From: the human T2T-CHM13v2.0 reference genome, Homo sapiens
Reading direction: 5' to 3' (one strand)
Length of the DNA: 64,000 nucleotides
Assembly (NCBI RefSeq): GCF_009914755.1
Contig: NC_060926.1
Every line of letters starts with the position of its first letter. Positions within the stretch are counted from its first letter, which is position 1. Shown here piece by piece: positions 40,240-53,699 of this stretch. Made by a program: the position numbers and the translations under genes. A model generated the notes under the pieces. That model saw nothing but the letters and a program-made list of their open reading frames with translations, did not search any database and was not told where the DNA came from.

Positions 40240-40890
40240 AGCAAAATAATTGGTAGAGGAAAGTTATCTTTTGAAAAGAATCACAGCTAATAAATGAGAA
40301 GAAATGATAGAGAAAACCACATTTGCAAAACTTCATATGTCTAGATAATGGTCATTAATAGTTGCTAAAACTGTTAGATAAGAAACACTAGATGTTAAAT
40401 TTTATAATAGATGGATCAGGCTGACATGACCTGAATTCACTAATTAATCTTTCCATTACTAAAAGAGGAACAAACGGGACATTATTTTTCTTTTGATGTA
40501 AGGCAATAGAAAGCATACAGAGACACTAAACAGTGTTTAAAAAACGACATATCTAGTCAGGCCTCTAGATCTAACTCCCAGTTTACAAAAAATATGAGGA
40601 TGGAGGGTCATGTTAAATGACATCACAATGCTTTGATCAGTGAAACCTAGATATTCCACAAGACAAAGGATTTAGTTGTTTAAAGAAAAAGAACAAATAG
40701 CACACAAAGAGGAAGAATTATAATATTTTAAGAGAGACTTGTGATACACATAATCTAAATGTAATGTGTGAACCTTGTTTGGATCCTGATTCAAACAAAC
40801 TAACTTTATTGTTAATTTCATAATACCTCTACTGAAGTCATTTTTTAAAAAGTTCTATCTGTTGAGATACTTACTGGAGTATCTATTGAT
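40240..40890 (+). mobile_element. L1MC-type 3' end fragment
   Basis: gatggatcaggctgac; tctagatctaact; aaatgtaatgtgtgaaccttgtttggatcctgattcaaacaaac. Confidence 0.7.
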
Positions 40891-41269
40891 AACAGATGCC
40901 CACCTTTACTAGGAATCTGTGACATACAGATTCAAAGAAATAAAATATCTCCCCTGTTAGAGTAGCCAAAATTAAAATGTTTGTGCTGACAATTGGAAGC
41001 AAAAGTGGGAGTGAATAAAAACTCATGCATTTGGTGAGTGTTCAAATAGTAGAATCATTTTGGAGAGCAATTTTGTGGTATTTAGCAAAGTTGAAATTGT
41101 ATGTTCTTTATGTCAAAAGTTTCAGGAATTTCCAGAATTCCCTTTCTAGTTCTGTGAGTCAGCTGATTTAGGCTGGTTGGACAACTTCATCTCCTGCTTA
41201 TGGATCTGGCTAGGCTAGGTTTCTTATTTAGATTTGGACTCAGGCCTATCCCGTGTTGTTATATTTTTT

Positions 41270-42156
41270 AAAAAAATTGATAGACTTCATAGTTTTAGAT
41301 TGACAGAAATAATACCAAGACTTAACATAAACCACTCTCCTCCTGCATAATTTCCCCTAGTATTATATTAGTACAGTACATTTGGTACAGATATTGAATC
41401 AATATTGATATGTTGCTATTAATTGATATCCATAATTTTTCTCGATTTCTTTAGGTTTTATGTATTATCTATTTTCTGTCCCAGGATCCCATCTGAGATA
41501 TCATAGTACATTTAGTTGTTATGTCTTTTTAGTCTCCTACAGGCTGTGACAGTTTCTTAGGCTTCCCTTGTTTTCAATGACCTTGACAGTCTTGAGGAGT
41601 ACTGGTCAGGTATTAATATTTTGGAGGATGCCCTTATATTAAAATCTTTCCAATGTTTTTGTCATTATTAGATGGAGATTATGGATTTTGGTACACAGGA
41701 TCACAGAAATAAAGTGCAATTTTCATCAAATGATATCAAGGGTACATACTATCAACATGACTTATGATTGTTGATCGTATAATTGTTTACCTTAATCATC
41801 TGCTGAAGCAGTGCTTGTCAGGTTTCTTTACTATAAATTTGCTGACTCCAGCTTTCCATACTGTAGGCTTTTCCTAGATTCCACATGGTACAGTATGTGC
41901 AGCCTGCACTTGAGTGGGGAGTTATGCACTTCCTCCTTTAGGATAGAGTATCTGTGTGACTTATTTGGAATTCTTCTGCATGGCAGATTTTTCTCTTCTC
42001 TCCGACTTGTTAATTTATTCAATCATTTATTTATATGAGTATAGGCTCTTTGATTTTTAAAATATCTGGGGTTACAATTCAAGACTATTTATTTCATTGT
42101 TTATATTGTTCCAATTTTGACTATTTCCTTTTGTCTCTTGTGTCCCTTTGACATAT

Positions 42157-42198
<42 letters not shown>

Positions 42199-43865
42199 AT
42201 TTTTCTCAAGCATTTCTTAATGGGCTGCAAGATGCTCCAGGCTCATTTTGTATATTTTGTGCCCCCACCCTAGAATCAGTCGTTTGTCTAAGCAGCCTTG
42301 TTTCTTTATTGAAAAATAGTATTAGAAAACAAGATCTGACTGCAGTGTGTGCTCAGTGCTCCTACAGTGTCACTTCTTATGGGCTTGCTTGGCTGACAGA
42401 GCAAAGAAATATTTACGTATACTAATCCATATTTGTCCAATTATCTGTAAACATTTCTATATATAAAATGAAGTGCATCTATATTAAAAATTAAACATAA
42501 GTTGTTACAATTAGGTACAATTAATAAATCATTAATTGGTATGTCTCTAACTCTAATTCATTACCACATGGGTCACTCTAGATAAGTTTTCCTTTCTTGT
42601 TTGGAATCTTCCGTTTAACAATGAAAACCAGCATCCACCATCCATTTACGTAATTGTTCATTATTAGTGTACACATACAACAGTGTCAGAATTGTTAATC
42701 CATACCACATGGGAAACAATTTTATTAGCCAGAGTACAGTGTCTAGGTGCAGTTACTTTCACCTTTAATCTTACAAATTCCACTCATTTCCAAAGCTACT
42801 TTCTTCATCACGTTTTCTCCCTAACCCTCTTCAGTGAGTCTGTTTCATACATTTGTAACACAGTTAAATTCCTCTGTCACATTCTGCATTCTTTCCTGGG
42901 ATCCCCCAACCTCCTAAATAATTTAACAAATTTGTTATACATGAAGGTTCATTCTTTGTGTTGTAAAATTCTATGAATTTTGATAAATGTATAATGTCAT
43001 GTGCCTTATTACAGTATTATACAAAATAGTTTCACCATCCTAAAAATTCCCTGTGCTTCTCTCCTCCTCTTTCTCTAAACCCCTAGCAAGCAATGAATGT
43101 TTTACAGTCTCTATAGTTTTGTCCTTTCCAGGATGTCATATAATTGGAATTCTAAACTATGTAGCCTTTTTGTACTGGCTTCTTTCACTTAGCATTATGC
43201 ATTTAGGATTCCTCTATGTCCTTTGTAGTTTGATAGTATGTTTCTTTTTTACCAAAGAGTAGCATTCCATTGTATGAGGTACCACAGTTTGTTTATCCAC
43301 TCACCTATTGAAGGGCGTATTAGCTGTTTTCAGTTTGGGGTGATTATGAATAAAAGTACTATAAACCTTTGTGTGCACATTTTTGTGTAGATATGCATTT
43401 TCAACTCATTAGTATCAACAACTAGAAGCAATTGGTGGATTGCATGGTAAGACTATGTTATCTATGTAAGAAACTACTAAATTGTCTTCCAAAGTGGCTG
43501 TAGCCTTTTGCATTATCACCAGCAATGAAGATGACAGTTCCCATTGCTCTGCATTCTTGCAAACATTTGGTATTGCCAATTTTTTTGAGCTATGCTAATA
43601 GGTGTTTAGAGATATCTCATTGTTGTTTTAATTTTCAGTTTCCTATTGATGAAATATATTGAGAATCCTTTTATTAGGTGATTTGTCACTTGTGGATCTT
43701 TGTTGAGATGTGTCTTCAGATCTTTTGCTCACTTAAAAATTTTTTTTAATTAAATGTTGAGTTTTTAATACAGTTTAGATATAAGTCCTTTATCAGGCAT
43801 GTGTTTTGCAAATATTTTCTCCCAGTCTGTGTGGCTTGTCTTCTCTGTCTCTTAACACTCATTTT
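41270..43865 (-). mobile_element. L1MC/MD 3' region inserted within an MLT LTR (remnants ~41140-41260 and ~43870-44120)
   Basis: gtcccaggatcccatc; gaggagtactggtcaggtat; taccacagtttgtttatccactcacctattgaagg; ttttgcaaatattttctcccagtctgtg. Confidence 0.85.
42159..42197. repeat. (GT)n microsatellite, ~19 units
   Basis: Direct reading. Confidence 0.95.
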
Positions 43866-44750
43866 ATTTTTACTTTTGGGACTAAAGATGAGGGATGATC
43901 AGCTTCCTGTTCTTCTTGTAATAATAATGGCAGAGCCAAGAGAGAATGCATCAACCTTGTAATCCCATTGGAAGACCCTGATTGTGTCAAGTCCGCTAAT
44001 GTTACATGGAGTAAACAAAGTCACATGGTCAAATCCTACATTAATGAAATGGGGTAGTATATGCAGTTAGGGGATGGGGAATAATAAATGCTTTTTAAGA
44101 ATAATATAATCTGCCATGCCATCTATGAGCTGATACTAGCTTTCTATTAATTTATTCTGTGGTTTGTTTAACGTTGGAATCTCTCTGAAAGATCCTTCAA
44201 CCTTCCTGGGAGACTCTAATCTGAGAAAGCCATTAAAAACGCGTTTCTTTTTTTTGGCATAATTTAAATTCTTAGACATCGTTCACATTTATTAATGTTA
44301 CATACATAAGAATTTACCCACCATATTCCTCCTTGAGTCCAGTTCAGTATAAAAAAAATGTTGACTTCTCCCCAGTATCTCTTCATGGTTTACAGCATGA
44401 AATTCTGTTCTATAACCATTTTTCACAATTGTCTAACAATGTTATAATAGATTGGTTGCTTACTACCAATTTTTAAAAAAGTCATGGCTTCTCCAGTCAC
44501 TTCTTGCTTATCAAAATTATTTCATGAGGTGGTTTAGGCCTTGCATATTTGAATATGGGGTTTGCTCCTTTCTACTTAAAAAACAACTTGGATCACACTG
44601 TCTTGTCCTGATAACTTGGTAGAAGTTGCTTCATCATTGTTATTCTTGTTGTGGTGGTGGTTATTAATATTGTTTCATATTCTATTTTAAGAATTAAAAT
44701 TTTAAAGAAGATCAATGTCTTTGAGTATCTTCCAAATTCCAGTACATTTT

Positions 44751-44823
44751 TAAAAAAAGTAACTAATGTTATCAGCTTTGTATGTTTAAAAAGAAGTAAC
44801 TAATGCTATCGGCTTTGTATGTT
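44751..44823. repeat. Two-copy tandem duplication of a ~36-37 bp unit
   Basis: taaaaaaagtaactaatgttatcagctttgtatgtt followed by taaaaagaagtaactaatgctatcggctttgtatgtt. Confidence 0.85.
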
Positions 44824-45103
44824 ATCACTCAAGACTATTTTATATGTCTTTAGTTATATACGTGTTTGTATACTGTATATATATTATTCCATTTCTTCTA
44901 GAAGAATTGATTTTTGAACAGAACTTTTTCTTTTCCCAGATGGACCCTCCTTAGGAATCTTTTGTTGATCCTTGAAGTTTGGTAACATCTTCAAATGTGT
45001 ATATCTCCCTGTTAATTATTTTATGGCATTTTCCTGGACATTTTTATACATATGTATACTTAAAATGAAAGAATAATGTTCCAAAATATGGTAGAAGAAA
45101 AAA

Positions 45104-47605
45104 TTCTTTTCTTTCAGAGGTTTCCAACACATTTTATTTTGCAGATAACTGATTTTAAGCTTTTGAGGACCAACATCTCTATCAATTCCTATAAAATGTC
45201 CAATTAGTTTCAGTTACATAGCAGGCTGTTCAGTACTGCACACCATACTATGGCTGGTGGTCTGGTCACACATGTATAAAGGCTGCCCACTGGTTCCTGG
45301 AGCACGGCGTGTCCAAGTGAACGCCTCTTCCAGGGAGCTTCGTTTTCCCAGGGGTGGTTTCCTTTGGCAAGAAGTTGGTCAGTTTACACATGTGGCTTTC
45401 GTGCCTGTGAGCAGGAAGTGTCTGAAACTTGCAGGATGCTCTGCTTTTTCTCTTATGAAGACAGACACCTGAGAATCCAGTGCCCTTATGCTTAATGACA
45501 GGAATTCCTCCTCATTGTTTAGTAGGTTAGGATATAAGAAAGCCTCTTTTTAAGTAACACAGATAACCTTTTTAGATTACTTATTTATTCTAGAACTATA
45601 AAATTCAAGAAAATATAGGTCCCATGAAAGATTTAAGAGTTTTAAAAAACTAAAATCTAGTTTCTCCCAGCAAATAGTACTTCAAGCAAAACCCTTCCAA
45701 TGTTTCTAAAATAATACTGAAAGGGCATCTGATTATACCAGAGCAATTTAAAGAAGTATATATTTATTTGAATAATAAGCTTACATTTTAGCTGCAATTT
45801 TGGCAATGCAGATTTTTAACATGGATCACAGAAAATGTGCACAAAAAAAGTACTAGTGCAAAGGACTAAACAATGCTAAGAATTAGACTAAATACAGCTG
45901 CTGCATTTAAGAAAACAAAAGGCCTGAAATCACTATAAAAATATAAAATGTATTAAACACTACCGTCCATAGAACAGTCTTTATTATTAATTATGTTTAA
46001 AATTATTTGCATAGTTAATTATACATTGAATTGTAAATGAGTATTATACATGAACCTCCTTTTTGAAGGGAATTCTTTGTTGCATTATGAAATGTCTAAT
46101 GACATTATATTGCAAAAAGTATCCTTTTTTTCTATTGATAAAGGAAACCATTAATGGTATTACTGTAAATACAAGGAAGGCTACAGAAAAAGAAATACAA
46201 TTTCATTTTTTCAAAGTGTTTTTCATGCAGTGAAGTACTTGCTGTGTTGAACTGAATGTCCTGTGTCTAAGATGCTCTTGAATGACAAGACAAGGCTTTT
46301 CAATTCAAAGACTAGAAGTAATCATGTAACCCTCTTATGACTGGGATACCGTCGTGTGCCACTCACCAACGCTGTCTTTCCAGAAAACCATTCAAGACAC
46401 TTAAAAAACCATGACTTACCTGATAAATAAACATAAAATGAAAAGACATCAACTGCCATTTGACATTGCTATTGGTAATGTCTGTCCTATGTGAAAGCAC
46501 TTTTAAAAAGAGAGCACCTATGTGTAAGAGATAAGTGTCTAGAGATTCAAAATGAATCAACAGTATCAGGTAACAATATAATTCTCAACTCAGAAGCTGA
46601 CTCAAGATTAGGGGCAATTTCAGTTAATGTAACAGGAAAAAAAGACAATGGATTTTATTTTGTTGATGTATCCACTCACAAATTGACTTAGGGTCACCAG
46701 ATGTGTAGACACAATGAGATTTTTATTGTTTATAGTCTTTAATGGAAGCGATGATAAAGGAAATAGATCTATTTTAAAACAAAACCAAAAAGCTATTTCT
46801 GTCTAGATTAAGAAGTGGCCCCAGGTGTGGGATTCACATTTTGAGTGGCTACTCGGGCAACCTCAATGATCCAGGGTTGGTCTATGATTCCAGCTGCATG
46901 GCTGCCCTTCTCTGCAATCCCAATAATCCATGCTTGGTGGCCTCCACCACATTTGGGGGAGTTTATCTCTGCACAGAACCAAGCTGCTTGCTCATGTGGT
47001 AAACAGATCAGAATGCCTCCTGCTGTCTCTGGACATGTTCCCTGCATGAGGCTGAACATGTTTCCACAGGCCTTGCTCATCACAGTCATCTTGGCCAGCA
47101 CAGGGACCGTTGTGAATTGCAAAAAACCATTCCTCAGCTGCTTGGTCAGGTTCTGTGTATGACCCCAAATCCTAATGCCCACGATGTCCGTGGCTGCATG
47201 GGCACTGAACGTGTACATGATGAAGCTTTCCTGTTGAACTTCACCATGTTCATTATTGCTTCTTGGTATGTCAACTCTACATCTTCGTGGGTGACCACTA
47301 GTTTATTTCATTTTTCAGGAATATCCAGCCACTGCTATTTGATACAAGTGACAGTCGTGCACAGCCACTCCACTTGTGCCCCCAGGGGTTTTGTGGACTC
47401 CAGCACATCCCCTGGCGCTGTATTGTCTGGCATGATAAATTGATTGGCCTGTAGTTGTAGTGACTCCTCCCAAAACAATCCAGGAGGTTAGCACTGTTTG
47501 GCCACAAGTTACAGACATTCCTGCTTCCTCGGCTGCATCTTTAAAACCCTGCATAATCAGGGGCATCACTTTATCCCTTTCCCTGTCAGTTGTTTCATTA
47601 TTGAT
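45104..47605 (-). pseudogene. SEPHS1P: Processed pseudogene of selenophosphate synthetase 1, 5'-truncated (about codon 128 to stop, plus ~1.7 kb 3'UTR)
   Basis: Translations [24 protein letters not shown] and AHAATDI...[14 protein letters not shown]...HQAWIIGI...[14 protein letters not shown] (SEPHS1-specific C-terminus, stop at 46808-10); no introns; frameshifts; AATAAA at 45133-38 (-) and A-rich tail remnant at 45104-14. Confidence 0.96.
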
Positions 47606-48926
47606 GAAAGAAAAAATGTATTCAGATTGATTTCTTTAGTTCAGAAATTGTTTCTTTTATTGTATCTTTGGACATTTTTTTCTTTTATTGTTCTGTTTCC
47701 TTTTACTTCAAAAACACCTATTATGTATATACTGGATCCCATGTTCTACATATATTATCCTTCTTAAACTTATGAATTCTTTTTCCAATTTCATGTTTCT
47801 CATTTTAGTTGTCCAAAGCCTGTTTCAAATGTCCCTTGGCTGTTTTCAGTGGGTTCAATTCTACTTCATACTGACTACAAATTGTTTTCATTTCCATGAT
47901 TTTTTATTATACCTTCCATTTATTTACTGATATCTGCCAGCTTCGTATTCATTTCCTTACTACACCTTATATTTCTTTTTTTGATTGGTTTATCTTTCAT
48001 TTATATTCTGATTTCAATGAGGTTATACTTTCTATAATTTATAGAATGTCATAAAAATCTTTTAAATGTTCCCCTGCTTCCTGGTATGACCTTGAAGAGC
48101 AGTCTTTATATGCCTTCTGTTTGTTATTATTATTTTCATTCTTTTTACTTGTTGTCTATACTGAACCCTAATGGATTATAAATTATATTTGTGGTGCTCA
48201 TTTTGGGGCTAGCTGTTGGAGCAGATATGATACAGGCTGGGGAAATGAACCAGCAGAAAGGCAGGTTCATCCAGGCTTGTTGTTTCTAAGCACCTCACCA
48301 ACTCTGCCCCAGGGTGTATGTGCTCTGTGCTCTCAGAGTGAGGCTAGCAGGGCCCTTGAGGAGTCAGGAATCCCTGTGCCAAATTGTTCAGTCCTGTATG
48401 TCACAAGTCTCTCTCTCTTTCTTTTCTTTCTCTTTCTCTCCCTTCAGTATTTTATGTGTTTATTTTCCTTCAGCTGATTGTAAGAGGCAGCTGCAAGGCA
48501 GAAAACCTACCCAGGCCACCCTAGAATCTGGCCCCTTGAGCAGATAGATGCCTGCAGATTTCCTCATTTGTTCCTCTTGCCTAAACCTTACAGGGGTGAG
48601 AATTCAGTGCTGGGTCAATAGCTCCTCAAACCCTTGACCTTGCTCTCCTAAATAAGGGAATTGTACTTTGGACTCTTCAAGTCCTTGCTACATAATGTTA
48701 AAGGTTTTCTGTCATGCGAGAACATAAAGGTACATGTTATCATGTTTTATCCTTGTGTCTTCCATAGACTGTATACATTTAACATATGGATTGTGGATAT
48801 TTTCTAACTTTAATGAAGATGGAACTCTTTTTCTCTCATCGTGGTGTTTTCACTTGGTGGTATATGTTCTTTATTTCACCATTTCTAACCATATGTCTTT
48901 CTAAATTTTAAGATATGTTTTTCTAA

Positions 48927-49040
48927 GTCAAGTGGGGTAGCATGTGCCTGTAGTCCCAGATGCTTGGCAGGCTGAGGCAGGAGGATCATTTGAGCCCAGG
49001 AGTTTGAGTCCAGAAACATAGTGAGATCCCTCTCTTAATG
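48927..49040 (+). mobile_element. FLAM/FAM Alu monomer
   Basis: gcatgtgcctgtagtcccagatgcttggcaggctgaggcaggaggatcatttgagcccaggagtttgag. Confidence 0.85.
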
Positions 49041-50894
49041 AACAGCAGAAAAGAGAAGATATATAGGTTTTCCTAATTTTAGCAGTAACATACTCTATAT
49101 AAGAAACTTGGAAAAAAACATTAAATCATACAGCTAAATAAGTAAATACATGAACAAACAAATAAATAACATGACCCATTACCTACCACCTAGATATATC
49201 AGTGCTTATCAGCTAACTTTTATTTCTTCAGTGAATTTCCATGGCCTTCAAAGTCGTCAAAGCCCTATAGACAGGAAACCCATTCAATTTTCTTTAATCA
49301 AATATCTAATTGTTTACCTGATGACAATAAAAACACAAAATACAACCAATTTCAAAAGTTGTTAGTTAAGTGATAAACCAAGAAATATTGATTAAGACTA
49401 TTAGTTGGTGATATAATTATTATTAATAAAAACAACTGAAAAAGGTAAAGGTAGTTGCCTCATGTATGAGGAAGTAGGGAAGAGGAAGAGGTAATGTGAG
49501 ATTTGCTTTTCAACTTAAGCTTTTATTATTTGATATTTTCTAACTATGTAAATGGGTTACTTTGAGATAAAAATCATTCATTAAAAATAAATCAAAATAA
49601 ATTTATTTTGATTACATGTTTTTGATTACATGTTACTGAAAATGTGTTTTTTGTGTAAAATTTTTACATTTTGTTAAGTGATTCTCTTATCACAGTCTTT
49701 AATTTTCAACCATTATGTAATAGGAATTAAATAAGGAATAATACTTAGATCACTGTTTTGGTTATGTATGTAAACATCACATTTCTTGACTACTGACACA
49801 CAATGCCTGTTTCCCTAATGCTTTCTGATTCTTTGAGTTCTACATCACATGACTTACGTCTTATGTGTTTGGTTATATGAGCAAAAATACACAAATTTGT
49901 CATGAGATCATATATATTTCATTGTCTCTTTCTTATAGAGTCTGTTAGGGGAACACGGAAAGCATCCTCATGCCCCCTGGGTGTTCTTGTTTCTGGATTT
50001 GTAACTCGGCTTTCAGAGTCTTCCTACTACTTCTCTCAGCAGCTATAAGAAGCAAGCTCTTGTCCTGCTCCTTGTTACCCAGTTGGAAGACTCCTGACTT
50101 AGGCAGGGAGAAAAAAGAGGCAAGTGACACACTTTCCAGGTCCAGATGTCAGATGAGCTTTTGAATCTCCTTGGGCCAATTTTTTCTCATCCACAAATCC
50201 AGGGTGTCAGACTGAGTAACTGGGAAGGTTTATTTGGAAACTAAAATGTTCAGATTCCACAAAAGGGTGGGATAATATCATTTGTGTCACATAATCCTTA
50301 TCTAGGCAGTGATGTCAGATGATTGCAGGCCTCTATCTCATACCTCTGGTTGCCAAACACCTATAGGAGTTCACACAGATGAGCCCCTATGGAGCACTTG
50401 AAATGAGGGGGGCAAGCGGACCTGGGTTTCACTGAAGAGGGAAAATGCAGAAGCAAATGATTTGGCTACTATCACATTTTGAAATATAAAGATGTGAGAG
50501 TACGTGGGTGTTGCTGGAGTTGGAAAAATAGATGAGTTTTAGCTCACAAATCCAATCTCTTTAAATACCTGGAGAGACTCCAAGCTTCCTGCAGAAAACC
50601 AAACCAAAACAAAACAAAACCACTTTCTTAACCTCCCCTTCATTTCACGAGCATCATAATGAGAGCAAGGTATGCATAATGAGGAGCTCTGCGAGGTCAG
50701 ATCAATCATAAAAGCAGGAGCAATTTAATCCCCTAGACCCTGCAAATAACTGTGGCAGGAGGCTGAGGCCATCTTTCCACAGGTTTAGAGAATTCATTTA
50801 TTCTTTTGATCCGAATTTTAAGTTCAAAGGATTCCAAAAGCAAAATAAAACAAAAGGAAAAAAAAAAACCCTTGGGATTTGCATTACATTTGTT

Positions 50895-51080
50895 TTGTAT
50901 GGTTTATTGATTTTATTTTGTTCTCTCACACACCATTTGAGGCAGGCACAAGAAGGATCATTTCCCCCATTTCATAGCCGGGGTGGCTGAGGCACAGAAA
51001 GATTGCGTGACTTGTTCAATATCACATAGTGATTTTTCAAAGGTAGGACTTAAACCTGAGGTTTCTGACTCTTTGGCAAT
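50895..51080 (-). mobile_element. MIR SINE
   Basis: ccccatttcatag...ctgaggcacagaaagattgcgtgacttgttcaatatcacatag. Confidence 0.7.
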
Positions 51081-52294
51081 TTCTCCTGCCTGCTCACTTT
51101 GCTGCTCCTCAAAGTCTTTCACACAGGTGGCTCAGGAGGTAACATATACTAAGTACCCTGTGTGGGGCCTAGCAGAGAGTAGATGCTTAAGAAATGGTAG
51201 CTACTCCCTTAGTTTTAGCCACTCCATGTTAGGCCCTACATTCTGTAGTGCAGGACCTTGTTTGGTAAAGTTTTTCTTAATGATCCCTGCCATGAGGAAT
51301 GAAAAATTAGACTTACCAAGCACTGTATTTGGAAAACATGTGGGTTATGAAGTCTGCAAAATTTGCACCCAGGGCTAGCACAGCTAACTCATTTTTTGCC
51401 AGGCTTTTGCTCTTTCTTTCTATTTCAGTAAAACTTCCGTCAAGTATATTCAAACAAGATATGACTACTGGCATTAACATTAGTGAAATGTGTTAAAATT
51501 TGTCTTCCTAAGTAAATGAGAGAACTCTAGTCATGATTCTGCATTGCTGGAATTTGCAGATAGTTTAAAATCACCTTCCAGTCATCTATGCTCTATATGC
51601 AGGGCACATGTTTGTTTTATTTTCTCTTTTTTTCCCTCAATTATTTTATGTTGGCTTTGAGGCTCAGGAGTCATAACACTATTGCGTGATTAATTTTGTG
51701 CCTCTATTATGATGGAGTTTTTGTGAAATTAACTGTGCTGTTTCCTTCCCAGTAATGTCCTCTGATGAATATTTTATTTCTCTCAATTGCTGTGTGGTCT
51801 GCCTTGCTTGATATTTTGAGGTACTTTTACAAATAACAAGAGCCTCTGCCCCTCAGAGTACTGTGCCTTTGTAGGCAATCCAGAAGTCAGCCAAGAAAGC
51901 TCTTCCCTTTAAGAGCACAGAACATGTCCAATTTTTGTGCCCACAGGAAAGCAACAAGATTTTCCTGACCTCCCAAAAGCCATCAATTAGAAATTACAAC
52001 AGCATCAGCACAGAAAAGGGGACATAGTTGCATCTCGCCATCATGGAGATGTGTTACCAGGCCAGTCGAGTCCCATGTTTATCTGAGACTACAGAGAATT
52101 CCTTGGGTTTCCTATTTATTCTCCCCTGAGCACAGTGATGGCTCTTGAATATTCGATACAGACTCCCTCCTGGCAGCTCCAAGCCTTATGCAGCTGCCTG
52201 TTTTTCTAAGGAGGGCATAAGTTCAGGAACAAGAAAAAAAACATGCTGAAGGAGTGACAGGTGCAGGTGCAAGTCAAGAGAAAGGGAAAAAATG

Positions 52295-52445
52295 GAGCAG
52301 CTACTGATTGCCAGACACTGTGCTCGGTGCTTTAAAAATATTACCTCCTTAATTGTCACAATCACCTGGTAATGGGGTTATGATCTCCAATCTACATATA
52401 AGACCTCTGGAGCTCAGAGAGGTTAAGTAACTTGTCTAAGGAGCC
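52295..52445 (-). mobile_element. MIR SINE
   Basis: tgccagacactgtgctcggtgcttta...gctcagagaggttaagtaacttgtctaagg. Confidence 0.75.
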
Positions 52446-53699
52446 TGGTGTCCAGCATTCAAATATTTGTTAAGTCAATCATGAATGAATAAATGTTATA
52501 CAGCCAATGCAAGGAGTGAATGAAGAGAGCCCCTTTTAACTCTGTTTTATAGGAATAAATATTCTCTGTGGCAGTGGGAAGACCTAGCAGACTGGGCATG
52601 GGAGCTTATGAAGCAAAGTAGTTTGAATGAATTGCTGGCAAGATAAGGACAGTGATGTGTCTCTGTTTTCCCAGTGTGCACTCTGTAGTCTGTAGTTTTT
52701 GTACTGTAGTCTTTGTACGAAGTCCTGAGTGATGGCTCTGTCCATTCCATGTCCCACTCCATCCTTGATTTGCCAGAGTCATCAAGAGGTCCCCAGCGTT
52801 AGCTGAGCTACTTGATGTGATCTCGTTATACATAATCCTGCGTATGGCAACTAAGAACTGGAAACAACCATCAAAGTCCTAAAAATTTTCTGCCTTTTGG
52901 GGCACTTGGAAGTAAGGTAAAGAATGAAGCACTTTGGGGTTAGACAACAAACATGATTTTCACATGTAAGTGACATGGGCTGTGCCCTGCAATCCTGCTC
53001 ATGAACTTATGTCTTTCTTCAGGCCCTGTTTCTACTAAATCTTGTGATTTTCCAGATTTCACTGAGAGCAGATTTTATACCCCCTTTGAAATAATTTGGT
53101 TTCTGCATTCAAAACTTCTGTTATTGTGATGGTCTGGAGGGCAAGCTGCAGAAAATGCTTTCTTCCCCATGAATTAAACGCTCTTAGGCAAAAGGAAAGA
53201 GGGTGTGAGATTGTCGTGCCTGCCTGAAAGCAGGCAGGTATCTCCAGCATCCATATCAAAGCCTTCAGTGCTCATGGTGACATTAATAATAAATGACGAA
53301 TTTCTTGCAGGCTTTCAATTCAGCAACATTGCTTTTCCTGTGGTTAGGTCAGTTCCAGTATGTTTGGCTCTAGTATTTCAGAAGTCTCCTGACAAACAAA
53401 TGCAAAAAGAATTAGCAGCGTGCAATGATTTTGCTTTGCTCACCATAAACAGCCTTTTAGCTTAAAAAGAAATAAAGGTACAGTTTTTCAAGTGAATCTT
53501 GGTTATTAAAGCTTCTCTGAGGATTACTAATCTAAGTAACTGCTAGCGTGGTCTTGAGTTCTCTTTTCTGATATTGATGGGCCAATTAGATGGAACTAGG
53601 TGACAGAAATTGGGCTAGTTACCCAAGGTGGTACTAGAAACAGTGTTGGTGGGCTTCACCTCTCTGCCATAGCAGAGGGCAGTTGGAAAACAAAACAAA

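Noticed and set aside
45104-47605. SEPHS2-like selenoprotein retrogene with UGA/SECIS recoding
   Set aside because: The C-terminus and 3'UTR start are SEPHS1-type (non-selenoprotein paralogue), the N-terminal catalytic-site region is missing, and the frame is disrupted.
49939-50125. Possible exon (ttcttatag acceptor, gag|gcaagt GC donor)
   Set aside because: Depends on a rare GC donor, with no partner exons or coding signal.
53665-53685. CTCF-like motif tagcagagggcagt
   Set aside because: Lacks the conserved 5' CC of the core. Such partial matches are expected by chance.
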